Origin: Dimorphilus gyrociliatus | Lineage: Eukaryota > Animalia > Annelida | DNA: 64,000 bases | Assembly: GCA_904063045.1 (NCBI GenBank) | Contig: CAJFCJ010000001.1 | Span: 2,542,001-2,606,000, forward strand | Reading direction: 5' to 3' | In this document: positions 1 through 13,299 of the stretch, piece by piece | Numbering within the stretch: position 1 is the stretch's first letter | Layout of the letters: every line of letters starts with the position of its first letter | Made by a program: the position numbers and the translations under genes | The notes under the pieces: generated by a model | Databases searched by the model: none | What the model was told of the DNA's origin: nothing | What the model saw: the letters and a program-made list of their open reading frames with translations, nothing else

Positions 1-2937
1 AGGATCTTAATTATTTTATTAATTATAGAAGGAAATGAGTCTATTACAGCATTCACTTTCATCACTATCGTCGGGACAATGACTCACGTGATCGCAAACA
101 AGATTTACACTAATGAAATGATTAGAAGAGCATTGAAATTGATGATTATAAGAGCAATCATGTTCATCAGTTCCATCGGGACAATCCACAACTTTGTCGC
201 ATACAAATAAATAGTTAATACAAATTTTATCCAACTTACAGAAAAATGTATTTTTAGAACAAAAATTTGATTTTATTTCCATATTTGGAAAAGTAGGAAA
301 TTCTAATTTGTTAAATTCTATTTAACGAAATCATAAATATTTATATTTATAATTAGTATCACGTGATACTACCAAATTTTGTTTCGCAGACGATATTTTG
401 AAAAAAGGGTACGTTGCAGTCTATTGATTTGATTCCGTCTACGTCGAGTATACCGCATTTCGATTTACTGTTCCAAAATATTAAATCTCTTTGAGATCTC
501 TTGATAAAATTGTAGCATCCTCTCTCATATTTTAAACCTTTGCTAGAATAGAAGGGATTGTTCAAGTTGTTAATAGCTTGTACAGATATATATATATATG
601 TATATAATGTATAGATGTGCAACAAACATAACATTTCTTGTTGACCATAACCCAATAATTTCGTACGGAATATTCTCAGACGTAACTTGAATATCTCTTT
701 CATTTTTATCTTTGATAATCTTTAATTCTTAACAAATGAATCATGTTTTAATTACAAATATAAACTTGACTAATTAATTAATAACCTATTGGCTGAGGTT
801 TAATTAAGTTAGCTTTAATAAGGAAAATCTCCAAGTGTTTACATTAATTCGTTTAATTCTATATTTAATTAATAAATACTTGATACTAATTTTTCGTACG
901 GTTCAACGAAATAAACATATTCTCCATCATTCAATTCTTTATACGATGCTAATAAAACGAAAAGTTTAAACTTGAAAGTACTTGGACTAAATAGAGTAAG
1001 ATTTTTCTTCCAACAATATTCTTTAGCCTGTTGATAAGTAAGAAGAGTTTGAAAGCTTATAATCTCGAAGCATTTTTCATCAAAAGTTAATTTTCTTCCA
1101 TCAATTTTATTACAATCTAAACAAACAAACAAACAAACAAATAATGAATTGATCTTCTCCTTCTTATGGAATATTTTACCTGATAGAATTCTTTCTTTAT
1201 GGCATTGTATCATAAGTTTTGGACTAATAAATCCCTTTTTCTTTGCAATTCGGATGAACTTACATTCGATTAAATTTGTTTCATTAGATTGACAAAAAAG
1301 ACTTAACGGACTATCAAAAAATAATTGAATATCGTTAACTATTTGATACGTTCCTTGTTTGTAGCCTAGATAATTACAAACAAGCTATTTTTGATAAAAT
1401 AAAATATGTAATAATAATAAGATAAGATAACGAAAACAGACTTGAGCGTGATGATAATCCAGTAGTGGTGTTAAAATATTAACCCACATCGAATTGTAAT
1501 ACATCTGTAATCTACCAACTACAATATCCGGTTTATAAATTAAATCTTTATAAATAGTATTTAATCCAAATAATCTTAAACTATATTCTAAGTAAAATAT
1601 TAAAGATAAACTGGTAAATTCAATACAATAATGTAAACAGAATTATTAAACTGACCAGTAAAATTCTCTATTCTCTTTTGACAATATATTTGACAAGTTA
1701 AATTCCTATTTTCATAAGATGATTCTAGTCTGCATTCATTTAACGATATCGCATTAAATTTACAAACAATCGTTCTTGGTACACTTGTATAAGAAAATTC
1801 ATAACAAAATCTTGGATATTTATGAAAAACTCTTAATGAAAACTTTTTACAGATAAGATCAATAACCCGAAAAAAATTTCCATTGTCCTTAATTTGTAAT
1901 AAAAAGAGATTGGTATGATAATTTCTAGACATAATTGGTTGTATAGGAATCATGTTGCTATCATTGTCATTGTCATGTCTTTCATTGAATACATACGATT
2001 CAAGATAATGAAATTGTAATTCTTTTATTAGAATAGGGATAGGTTATGATTTATATAATACAGTTATTGAATATTTACCATTATACTGTCTACATATAAA
2101 CGTTAAGCAATTGTTTATATTCCTTTGCGAAATTGTTGCAAAATAGTTATTATTGTTTATAAGATCCCTGCTTAAATCGTCCCTAAATATAAATGCTGTT
2201 CTACATCTAATATCATTGTATTTTGTTGAACATGCTTTATAGGTTGTATGATTGTAGCTAACAAATAAAATACTATATTGATAGCTTTGTGGCGATTGAT
2301 AAATGAAATATACTGAAGAAATGAAATAATGAAAAAAGCGGAAGTTTGAGAAATTAAGAAAGCAAACACGAACGAGGAACATCAATTCTAAAACATTTGA
2401 TACATATTGATACGTCATTTATAAATGAATTTTTACAATTTCCTTTCTCTCTATAATTAATAGATTAATTTAAGAATGAAAATTACAATTTACACCTCTT
2501 ACATTCGACAATTAACATCCCAAACGGAATTTGTAAAGTAGCCGCACTTTAAATCATAGGTAGTATCTTTTCCATGATGATGATGATGATAACACTTATA
2601 GTATATAATAGTACATTATATATATAAACTTACAATTCTTATGGATACAAGGAAACGATCGAGTAATTGTTTTATGGAAACCATAATTACTGCAAGCCGA
2701 TTGAAATAAATTTTTACCCACAAAAGATGATTCTGGAGTTAGTTGAATATAAGATTTAGATAGTTTTCCTGGAATTTCTATAACTAATTCTCCAATAATA
2801 GAATTATAATTCTCTTGTAATATATTATCGAGTTTAAAGATGGCATCTTTCAATGTAAAATCAATTGTTTCCTCCTGACAATTTTGGTTGGCGCCTAAAC
2901 TATCTATTAGTATTGTAAAGTAGAGGTAAATTTTCAT
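1..2937 (-). CDS. GRL101-like LDLa/C-type-lectin receptor, paralog B (5' part; gene runs off the left edge)
   Basis: Multi-exon minus-strand ORFs: signal-peptide-like start at 2937 (MKIYLYFTILIDSLGANQNC), C-type lectin-like exons (869-1213 CFEIISFQTLLTYQQAKEYCWKKNLTL; 359-703) and two LDLa repeats (19-282 CDKVVDCPDGTDEHDC, CDHVSHCPDDSDESEC). Exon order mirrors the gene at 3838-9353. Confidence 0.7.
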
Positions 2938-3837
2938 ATTTGTATACTAAATATTGGACTATTTCTACTAATATATACATATATATATATACATATGTAT
3001 ATATGTATTCATAAGTATCATATATGCTTATTTTAAATATATAGAATTTCAATACTCTAGTCTAATAAGCTTTATAAATTACTGTATAAATATAAATTAG
3101 TATATAAAATCTCTTCAAAAACAGTTATTTTGTATTTGGCAAGAATAAATAATATATATATATATAGTTTATATTATCACTCACTATTCAATCACAAAAC
3201 TTGTACTTTCCACTAATTTAACACTAATATATCTTTTATTAGAGAAAACTTGTAATAGTTTTTTAACATAACATCCATATTCGTAAATATCCTTTTTTTC
3301 GTAAATATCAATTTGTTTTGATAAAGTTGTATTGTTAAAATTTAAAAAGCAATTTATAATATTTCTATTATTCTCTAATGTCTGTAACAAGCAAGTAGAT
3401 ATCTTATTTAATCATCAATTAAATATATCTATATATATATATATATATATAAGAGTTATACTTTAAAATATAGTCCATCTTTCTCCAAATTACCATTAAA
3501 ATAGATGTTAAATAAGTGAATTGTTATAAAAGCTTTACAAATTTGATAAGATAATCTATGTATTAATGTTAAATTAATTGGAATAGTTTTAATATGTATT
3601 TCGTCATCTTGTTGAAAAAAGTTAATAAAGTTTTCATTTAAACTTTTCAAGAAGTCAACAACTGCAAAGTTTTAATAAAGTTTGTTAAAGATTAAGCAAT
3701 TTTTTATTAGTTTTATCTTATTATTTTCTTTTTTTCTTACAATTTCTCCTAGATGAGATCATTTTATCATTTAGGATGTTCTTTCTTTTTTTGGAAGGCG
3801 AGTATCTCAATTAGTTTTTCAAGCGAATTTTACTCTA

Positions 3838-6800
3838 TTACCTTTTAATATTATCTTTTAATCGTTTATAATTGATAATTGTTAACGTTGTTATAGCAAC
3901 ATTAAAAGTAGACGAGGTAATTGATTTGAAGGGTAGAACAAAAATTATCAATACTATTATTATATAGTTGTTTATACTTAAAATTTCAAAGTAGAGTAAT
4001 ACATCTATTTATGTTAAAAAAAACAACAACTTCAATTATAAAAGAACTTTTAATATGCTATAAAAAGGCCTACTTAGGAGAAAAACAATTGAAAATATCA
4101 TATTTAATGCTATTGTTAGAGATAAAAACATCATTCTAGAATCTTTTAAAGGTTGATTAATTCTTTGACATTTCCATATAGATTGTTTTAAAGTAAATAT
4201 AATTAAAACAATAAATGGTAAACTATTCCATACAAGCATGAAAATATATAGATAAAGTACTGAATTATCATTAATTAAACTCCTTTTGACAAACAACGGA
4301 AAGCAAAATGAAGAAATAGAAAAAGATTTCTGAAAAAATCTTATTATTTCAATTGTTAGATTGTTAGTACAACAAACATTTTTAATTAAGATGTACTGTA
4401 ACCCAAATACGAAAATAATATTTATTACATAGATTAAACTATTAGAATTTATCAATTTTCCCAATATAACTAGTTCTTTTGAATAGCATTTTGATAGAAC
4501 TATACAAGTTGTTGATACACTGAAAATAACGAAGGATAATGTAATTAAAATTCCGCTTATTATGCATAATAAACTATGACGCCATTTTAATTGTTCTTCA
4601 ATAAATATTCCAGAATATTTCTTATCAATTGATAATATTATTATCATATAAATGCCTAACAATATATCAGATATTTGCAGTCCGAAATAATTCCTGTCAA
4701 AAGTTTTATTCATCCAGTATTGTTTTATACTGCAAATTACACTCAATAAATTGCTTAAATTCATGGTTATAACCATAAATAATAAGAATATTTTCAATGC
4801 CTTATTATTTATTAAATCTATACAGCTTTCAAAAGATTCCCTTTGCGGTAGACAAACTTTTAACCTTGTAAATTTTTGACTAAAACAGCAAAATTCAAAA
4901 TGCTCCGATACGAATATTTCAAGATTTTTTAATGGTTTCATTAAATTAGAAGTTAAATTCAATGGGAATTTTGTATTATTTAAATAGATTGATTTAAGAT
5001 TTAATGTACTTTGAAAGGTTTTTGAACTGACAAATAAAAGTGTACAATCAATTATTTGTATGGTTTTTAAATGATTTAATCCACCAAAAGTCTCTCTATT
5101 AAGCCTTGAAATTTTGGTTCTCGATAGGTCTAAGTATAATAGATTTTTCATTTGTATAAAAGACCAATCGGATAGCAAATCTATTGGATTATTGGTTACA
5201 GAGAGATATTGTAATTTAGGAAAGGAATTATCGGTTTTCAATGTGAATCTGTTTAATAGATTAGAGTTGAGATCAAGATATATCAGATTTCTAGTTGTTA
5301 TGATGGGTAATTCTTCAATAAAGCCAAAAGATATATTCAAAAATGTTAATTGTTGAGGGGAATGGAAAATTAGGTCATGTTTGTTTTTCATCCCTTTGAC
5401 TGTGACTCTTTTTACTTGTGAATGAAAGGATAAATTACTTTCTGGTGAATTTTCAAAATGGCAGATGAAATCGAAAGGTATTTTACAAATACACGGTAGA
5501 GGACAGTTATAATGTGTAATGTTAGAGAAGCAAAAAGATTCGTCATCCCCTTTTTTACAATCAGTAATCGTATCACAAACTTGATCCAGACGAATAAAAG
5601 TACTGATTCCTCTACATTTAAAATATCCACTTGGAGTAAATGATTCTACCATTTTAAGAATTAACTATTTAGATCAATTTTAATTAATTAATTAATTTGA
5701 AAAATACCGCAATTTATTTCATCATCACCGTACAGACAATGAGAAATTCCGTCACATAAATATTGAATAGGAACACAATATGAGTATAGATGACATTGAT
5801 ATTCACCAAAAGTACATTTATGATTATGACAATTTTCCAAATCATAAAATGGATAATGGGGTTTTGTTATCAGTTTACCTCCTTCGTAAGCTAACTTGCA
5901 TGGTAGAAAAGGCCCATCTTTACCTCTCTTTATCAAATTATCTAACTTTAGAGAGCTGTCTTTACACGTTACAAAATTTAACTGTCTTTTATCGAAATAA
6001 AACAACGTCATTCTTTAATAGTAATAGAAATGAATGTAAAGTAGAAATAATCACTCGTGTTGACTACTTAACTCGCCAATACAATCATTCCCATTCTCAT
6101 CCGATAGATCCAATCCTCGACAATCTCTTCGAAAGTCACACATATCAGTCTCCTTTAAACATGTTCCAGAACAGAAATATTTACAATTTTTCTCATTTTC
6201 TTCAATAATAATAAAGTGAGAATGAAAGGAAAACTATTTCAAAGCTATATATTTAACTAACTTGTACACTGTTCATCGCTATTATCTAAACAATTTCTCT
6301 CCTTATTACATAAGAATCTTCTGTCTAAGCATTGGCCATTTTCGCATTGGAAACTTGAACAATACATAATCTTATGTATATGATATGCTTTAGCATTATA
6401 CAGTATATCAAGTTCTTACCTTTGACTGTTATTACATTGGAATACTGCAAAAACATAATATTTCTAAGAAAATTATTGAATTTTTCAATACTACTACCGC
6501 AATCTATCTCATCGCTCCCATCTGAACAGTCGTTTGTAAAATCGCAAACAAAATTTATATTAATGCTTTCTGTATTATTACATTGAAATTCAATGATTGT
6601 TGAACAATCTTCTTCATCCGATCCATCGGGACAATCAATCATACTATCGCATACAGTCAAAATACTAATACAAATCTTTATTGAATGACATTGAAATGAA
6701 AAATTTGGGCATTTTTCAAAATTATTATCGCCGTTTATTGATTTTGTTAAATTATATAAATAAATATTTTCCATATGATAAACTTTTAATAGAGAATTAA

Positions 6801-9353
6801 AGATATTTCAAATATAAGAAAAACTGGAATTTTGTTTGCATTTATGTTTAATATTACCCATTTTTGATTCGCAAATTATAGTTGAAAATGCTGCAGTCAT
6901 ACACGAAATAGACATTAAACCGTCAACTGTACTAGTAATACAGTCGCTATCGTGGTTATAAAACTTTTTAAAGTTTTCGTATAGAATTATCATAAGGGTA
7001 AAGCAGGAGTGCAATTCTTGATTATTTCTACAATAGTTATCAAAGAGTAGTGGGATTAGATAAAATAAGAAATAGATGAATAATTAATTATCAAACACTA
7101 GATGCTGATTGGAGTATAGACCAATAATATCCAAAGGAATATTATCACTTGACAAATGAACCTTTTCTCCGAATGCGTTTCTGGTTATTTTTAAGCCAAT
7201 AGGTATTTCAGGCATTCCAAATTCTTTATATTATCAAGTTATTTACAAGTATAATGATTATGTAAATTATGAATAAAAGTAATATTAAATTACCTGATAA
7301 GTAATTTAATAGAAATTCCGTATTGGAAAATGATGCTGAATTTTTAATAATTGTTTTAAGATGTCTCATTAAAAAACTTATAATAAGTTCTTTCTCATTT
7401 GATGGACTAAATAGTACCATATTCTCTCTTTTGCATAGATTAATAGCATCTTTATAAGAAATTCTAGATTTATATTCAAAAACTTTATAACATTTACCAT
7501 CGAAAGATAACGAATCGATTGTTGAATTTGGACAATCTTTATTGAAACATAAAAGGAAAAAGATTATTTAAAAGAGTTGAACAATTGTTTTATTTTATAT
7601 AATTTACTTTGTAAATATGGTTTATTTTGGCAAAGTAGCATTATATCAAATTTACTGAATGATTGTGACGTCATACTTGTATGGCAATCGTATAAATTTG
7701 TATGATTTTTAGCGCAGAATATTTTGTATTTACTTTCGAAAAATGTAATCTTGTTACTATAGCTGAATGAACCGTATTCGTAGTTAAAATACTGACATAT
7801 CGTCTATAAAAGATAGTCTATTTATTAATAATTTAAATAATCATGATAAGGATAAAACAGTTGCTTGATCTTTCCTAAATACACTTAAAAATACATTCCA
7901 CCATGTATAGTAATTGAAATATTGAAGATTTCCAACAAATCTAGATAGATTAGTGTTGTTTAAACCATAAAGACGATATTTATTATCTATTTCAAGTATT
8001 TTAACTAATTACTTAATCTTTTAAGTAAAATTTCAATATTTCAATTACTTACTTAAACTATTCTGATTTATTTTACGGCAGAATACAACACAAATGCCAC
8101 TTCCGATCCCTCGCAATTCTGTAGATATGTTACAGTCTTTAAAGTATTCCGCTTTAGAGTTACACCATACAACTACACTTTTAAACAATACATTTAATGT
8201 ACACTGTTCAGGGAGTTTATCATCAATATACATAGAATATTCTTTACAAATCAATCCAGTAACTTTCATAATATTTGTATCATTTCTTATTGAAAAACGA
8301 TGAATATCTCCAGTTTCTAGTATTATATGTGGATTAATACGATTCGTTTTCTTATCGGAATGTTTCTTATTAAGTAGAAAATGATCCAAATCTATCACAT
8401 TGAATTCTAGAGACAAAATGACAAACAATTTTCTCTTTTAAGTATTCAAACAAGCTTTTAAATGAACATAAAAGTTTACTTGTTTTATATTCAGTACAAA
8501 AGACTTTTGTACAATTGCGGTTTGTTTTTACTTTATTTGAATATTCATATTCTTTATATGCAATTAGAAGAGATGTTTTAAAACCCATAGATTTTTCGCA
8601 TAATCCATTAATGTCTATCGTATCGTTTAAATGACAAACTGTATTTGTTTGTAGATTATGGCGGATATATAATACATGTTTCTCATAACTCATAAATTTA
8701 CTTTGAAAATGAAAGAAAACTGAAATATTCAAAATATAAATTGTTTTGTCTAATAAACAAGAAGAATTAACAAACAAGGTTTAGATATTTTAAAACATTT
8801 AAGACAAACAGCCTGAATTTTAGAATTATCGCATTTTGGCCATCTGTATTAATTAAAATAAGGTTGTTTTATGATTAATAATTAATGAATAATTATAAAT
8901 TGTTTAACTACGCATAACATATCGGTATTTTTTGTTCATTTTTATAGATAAATGAACATTCCATAACAATTCTTCTAGTATCTATATCAGTTTATAATAT
9001 AATGTTCATTTTTAAAAGAATAGCATCATACCAATTTCATTTGGACAGGAGAGTGTCGTTGCAAAAAAACTATCGTACCCTCCACTACTACATAATGTTG
9101 CAAAGGGAATATCTTTTTGAAATAAAGCCACTCCTCCTATACGTAGTGTATAAAGTGAACTATACAGAGTGTTATTTTGCAATTTTATTAATATTGTAGC
9201 AAAAATTTCCATATCATTCTCATTTAGAACTTTTCCTAATTTCAATTCAAACTGACTCGTATTTACAGCTATTGGTTCTATTAAGCAATTTGTAAAAGAT
9301 GTGAAAGCTCTTCTACAAAATAACAAGAGGAATAGGAAGATTATTATTTTCAT
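3838..9353 (-). CDS. GRL101-like (LGR type C2) GPCR, paralog A: N-terminal unknown region, C-type lectin-like domain, about 6 LDLa repeats, LRRs, divergent 7TM
   Basis: Signal peptide at 9353 (MKIIIFLFLLLFCRRAFT); lectin-like exon near 7400-7540 (CYKVLNI..ISYKDAINLCKRENMVL); LDLa repeats at 6325-6774, about 6290-6370, 6090-6210, 5688-6011 and 5652-5530; LRRs (LIYLDLNSNLL, LQYLSVTNNPI, LLYLDLSRTKI); hinge FCC...CLPQRESFESCIDLI; TM1-3 with KWRHSLLC. Last exon IFVLPFKSIT ends at TAA 3838-3840. Confidence 0.8.
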
Positions 9354-9580
9354 GATACATACACCAAACCATAAACAAGAAGAAAACTAGATATAAAAGA
9401 ATTGTTTACTAGAATGAAAGAGTGATACTCTCTAACCCCTTTGATATGGCTAATAAAAGATAATACATATTGAATTTCTATAAGTAGAGCAACTTTTTGA
9501 TTGTTTGAATAAAGTATTTCATTTCAATCGTGAGTATATTCAAAACAATGAGTCTCTGTAATACAAATAAGTATTGAACG

Positions 9581-10750
9581 ATGAGTAAACTGAAGGAAAT
9601 GGAAATTAAATTTAACAATGAAATTCTTAAAAGATACTATTCAAATGAATTGAAAAAGATATGGCCTAATCAAAAGTATCAGCAATTAGTTAAAGATTTA
9701 CTGGCAGCTGCTTCTAAGAGAGGAACGAAAACCAAATACGAAAATTATCTAATAACCAATTTTCGCTTGCGGACAGATAGTGGAAAGTGTTATCTTATTG
9801 ATAATAAGAAAGCAAATTCAAGATACGTTTCTTTGGAAGAGCTTTTTCTTATTTTAAATTCTACTCATAAAAACACTAAACATGGTGGAAAGACTAAAAT
9901 GATGTCCGAGTTATCCGCCTACTCAAACATTACGCCGTCCATTATTGATGTCTATATCAATTTTTGTGAAACGTGCTTAGAAGAAAGAAATGAAAAAGAA
10001 CCTACCGAAAATCGACCATCAACAAGTAAAAGAGAACGGGAATTTCATAAAAGAGCCGAACTGGATATAGTTGATATAAAACATTATTCAAAATATGGAT
10101 TTAAATATGTTCTTTGTTATGTTGATAACTATTCGAAATTTTCTCTTCTAAGACCGTTGAGAGATGAAAAGAAACAACTTATCTCTGAGCTGGAGAACGT
10201 TATGAGTAGTTTTGGAACACCTAAAATTTTACAACTAAACAATTCATGTAAATGCAGTATAGATGATATTTTACAGTTCAGCCAAGGATATTTTAAATTC
10301 AGTATTGTAATGGAGAATTCAGACAATTCAGAAAATACTAATGATTGTGAACGAATTAACACAGATTGGAAAGCGATACTCGAGGAAAAGGATAAAAAAG
10401 ATAATCAAACGGATTGGGAAATGTTTATACACTCTATTCAATATGAAATAAACACTAAAATTATTCGAAGAGATTGCAAAACCGCTTTCGAATTGTTTAT
10501 GGGACGTAAACCAAATTGGGGACTTTCTAGCATAGAAGGAATCCCTAAAGATGTTTTAAAAACTATTGAAACGGAAGAAGAATTAGTTGAAAATATGGCC
10601 AAATTTAAAATTAATCCTTCTATTATCTATCCTACTGGAACATCGCGATGCTTTTGTTTAACAGATTGTAAAGATGACAAATGCTTATGCAATATCAACT
10701 GTATTGAATGTACCGAAGACTGTCACGAAGGTTCTTCCTGTTTCAACTAA
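9581..10750 (+). CDS. KRBA2/SCAND3-like (Ginger2/Tdd-type) integrase-domain protein, intronless, probably domesticated or inactive
   Basis: 389-aa ORF: YVSLEELF..THKNTKHGGKTKM...YSNIT...CETC (HHCC zinc finger), RAELDIVD, YVDNYSKFSLLRPL, FGTPKILQLNN (typically QSDNG), CERIN, FELFMGRKP, and a C-terminal Cys-rich CFCLTDCKDDKCLCNINCIECTEDCH tail typical of this family. No RT, RNase H or TIR seen. Confidence 0.8.
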   Translation: MSKLKEMEIKFNNEILKRYYSNELKKIWPNQKYQQLVKDLLAAASKRGTKTKYENYLITNFRLRTDSGKCYLIDNKKANSRYVSLEELFLILNSTHKNTKHGGKTKMMSELSAYSNITPSIIDVYINFCETCLEERNEKEPTENRPSTSKREREFHKRAELDIVDIKHYSKYGFKYVLCYVDNYSKFSLLRPLRDEKKQLISELENVMSSFGTPKILQLNNSCKCSIDDILQFSQGYFKFSIVMENSDNSENTNDCERINTDWKAILEEKDKKDNQTDWEMFIHSIQYEINTKIIRRDCKTAFELFMGRKPNWGLSSIEGIPKDVLKTIETEEELVENMAKFKINPSIIYPTGTSRCFCLTDCKDDKCLCNINCIECTEDCHEGSSCFN

Positions 10751-10938
10751 TAATATATTCAATGTAAGGTTGTATTATATGTTCTTCGTACTTAATTAAT
10801 TCCAACATTGTAAACACAAAGATATATAAAGCCAAAAAAACTGCAAAATAGAAAACTATGTACTGCAATATATGTTTTTATAATCATTTCTTTTCTTTTT
10901 ATAAGTATATTCAAATAAACAGATTTTATTAGTAACAT

Positions 10939-12455
10939 CTATAGAAGTAAGTCTATTTCATGCAATACCAAATTGGAACTGGAAAAGATTCTAGCATCGA
11001 GTATTGTTCTCGCTGAAGGTCTTTCACTTTCCGTAATACTAGTCATATGGATGAGATTTGTAGAGATTTCTGAATCGGAAGGTAGTTTTTCCTGCGATTC
11101 TTGTTCATTAGTTTGTAGATTAAATAACTGCAAACCAATTACTCCTAAACCATAAATGTCACTTGAAAAGCTATAATTATTTAGCTTGGCTTCTGGAGCT
11201 CTGTAAATACTATTAACAAGATTCTTATCTTTCTCTTCGGCTTCTATGCCCATATCAAAATTTCCCATTTTCACGAGTAAGTCGTTCGAATTGTTCATAA
11301 CAAATATATTGCTCGGTTGGACGTCTTTATGCATAATCTTTTTATCATGAAGATAATCCAAAGCTGATAAGAGCATAAGCATAATTCTCTTTTCAAATTC
11401 AAAATATTCAAAATTAGATGAAGGGATACGAGATTCAATCCAATCGGATAAGGTTCCTGTACAATATTCCATTTGAATATACATATTTAAAGTGGAAAGA
11501 TGATTTAATCTCTCTAATCTCCCCTTTTCTTCATTAGACGAAAACCAATTAACTCCATCAGCTCTTTTCTCAATTTCAAACCATTTATCATAATATTTAA
11601 CGAGATTTTGATGTTTACACTGAATCAACTGATTGATTTTCTTCTATTAAAATTAATAACATCTGTTGTTGTTTTTTGAAAAAACAAAAATATCTACTAA
11701 TCTCTTACCTGACGAATACTAATTTCGTTGAATTCTTTAAAGATAATCCTTTCAAGTTTTATATTATAAACAGTATTACTTGACTTTTCCTTAGCCTATT
11801 TCAACAAGAACGTATACATCATTTTGAAAAGGTAAAACATTTAAAAGATAAATACTTTAAAACTAGTTTTGTATTGCCTTTCAACTTGAAAGTTTAACTT
11901 GAAGAAATCTTGTTGAATAGGAATATCTGCAGTATATTCTGTTAATGCTATTCCGTAGATTCTCTCCACAATATCCTTTGAAAGTTTTATCTTATCAACT
12001 GCTTTATCCGATATATTAATTTTTGGGTGATCATCTATTAAAAAATGACTTGAATTACCTTTGTTTTTTTAAATAAAATAATGATTTTAATAAGTAAAAA
12101 AATTACTATCTAATCTATAAAATTCAATATTTGCAATATCTGTCAAAGCTTTTGCCGCTGCATCTCCTTTTGCAGTTATCTCATCAATACCGTATCCCTG
12201 CATTGGTGATATTTTAATATAAAAATATCAAAAAAATTGATATATATATGATATAGTTACAATATATTTTTTATTGAAAATTGTTAATGTAACTGTTCCG
12301 CCCGAACTGCTTTTTGGACGCTGTTCAAATTTACCATAAATAACATTTTTATCAATTTCATTCAATATTAACGATGGATGAATTTTATTGGCAAAATTTT
12401 CATTTATATCCAAATTACAGTTTGGTAGACCTGTTTTTACGTTTTCTAGTGACAT
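10939..12455 (-). CDS. K1: dsRBM + eIF2-alpha-kinase-like pseudokinase
   Basis: Exon 1 HPSLILNEIDKNVIYG...VTLTIFNKKYI spliced to GYGIDEITAKGDAAAKAL (degenerate dsRBM). Kinase exon 10939-11628 has HQNLVKYYDKWFE, MYIQMEYC, HKDVQPSN, and GNFDMG in place of DFG. No GxGxxG loop in the spliced N-lobe exons. Confidence 0.8.
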
Positions 12456-13299
12456 ATTTAAAATGTCTTCTTAAACTTCAATTAAGATTTTTATACTCTT
12501 CACAAGTCCGATATCTTATGAATATCTTCTAGATATTCAATAAATCTCATATAAATTTCATAATACACTCAAAATATTCACTATCCTTTAGTCAGGCTCA
12601 GTATTTCATTGAGATCAATTATATTCTCTTACACACTTGGATTAGTTGAATATATTAAAAGTAAGAAATAAGACGCAGTTTTCTCTTATATATTAATATT
12701 ATCAGTATTTATTAGGTCTATTTGGTAAAAGGTATAATAATTAAGAATAAATGGTAAAAACAAAAGAAAAAACTACGTTTACACTTTATTTAAATTGATT
12801 ATTTAAACATTAAAAAAATAGGAATCAAGCTAATGAAGTGCTTTATAATAACGAATTATAGTATATTCATAATATTTTGTCATTATACTAGATCTTGTTT
12901 ATATTGTCTCTTAGTTATTTGTCATTAAAAAAGTATTCTTACCTTAAAATTAGGTCAGTGACTGACAACAAAACAATAATTTTCCTTTATTTTTTACTTT
13001 AATTAAATAATGTTTATCTTCCGTTAAATATTACGGTATTTATTAACTTCTTATTTAGGTTAATAAATTATAGATAAGGAATATATACCATACTTATGAA
13101 AACTTTGCACTTTACAATACAAACAGTATAATAATAGGAATAATAATGATAAACTTTAATTCAGAACAATTGCTTCTGTAGAATTCAAGTTAGTCATTTC
13201 TTTTAATATACAGACCACGAACTTTTCTAGTCTATATTCTATCTCCGTCGTAAACGTCAAATCAATCAAATTGAAAGATTTAGATAGGTTCCAAACTTT

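Noticed and set aside
3184-3650. Two short minus-strand ORFs between the GRL101-like paralogs
   Set aside because: No recognisable motif and no convincing splice path to either gene. They could be a decayed paralog fragment, but this is unsupported.
5114-8303. Plus-strand ORFs (5114, 5780, 6374, 8094) and similar short antisense ORFs over the kinase and housekeeping genes
   Set aside because: They overlap well-supported opposite-strand exons, have no motifs, and are expected shadows.
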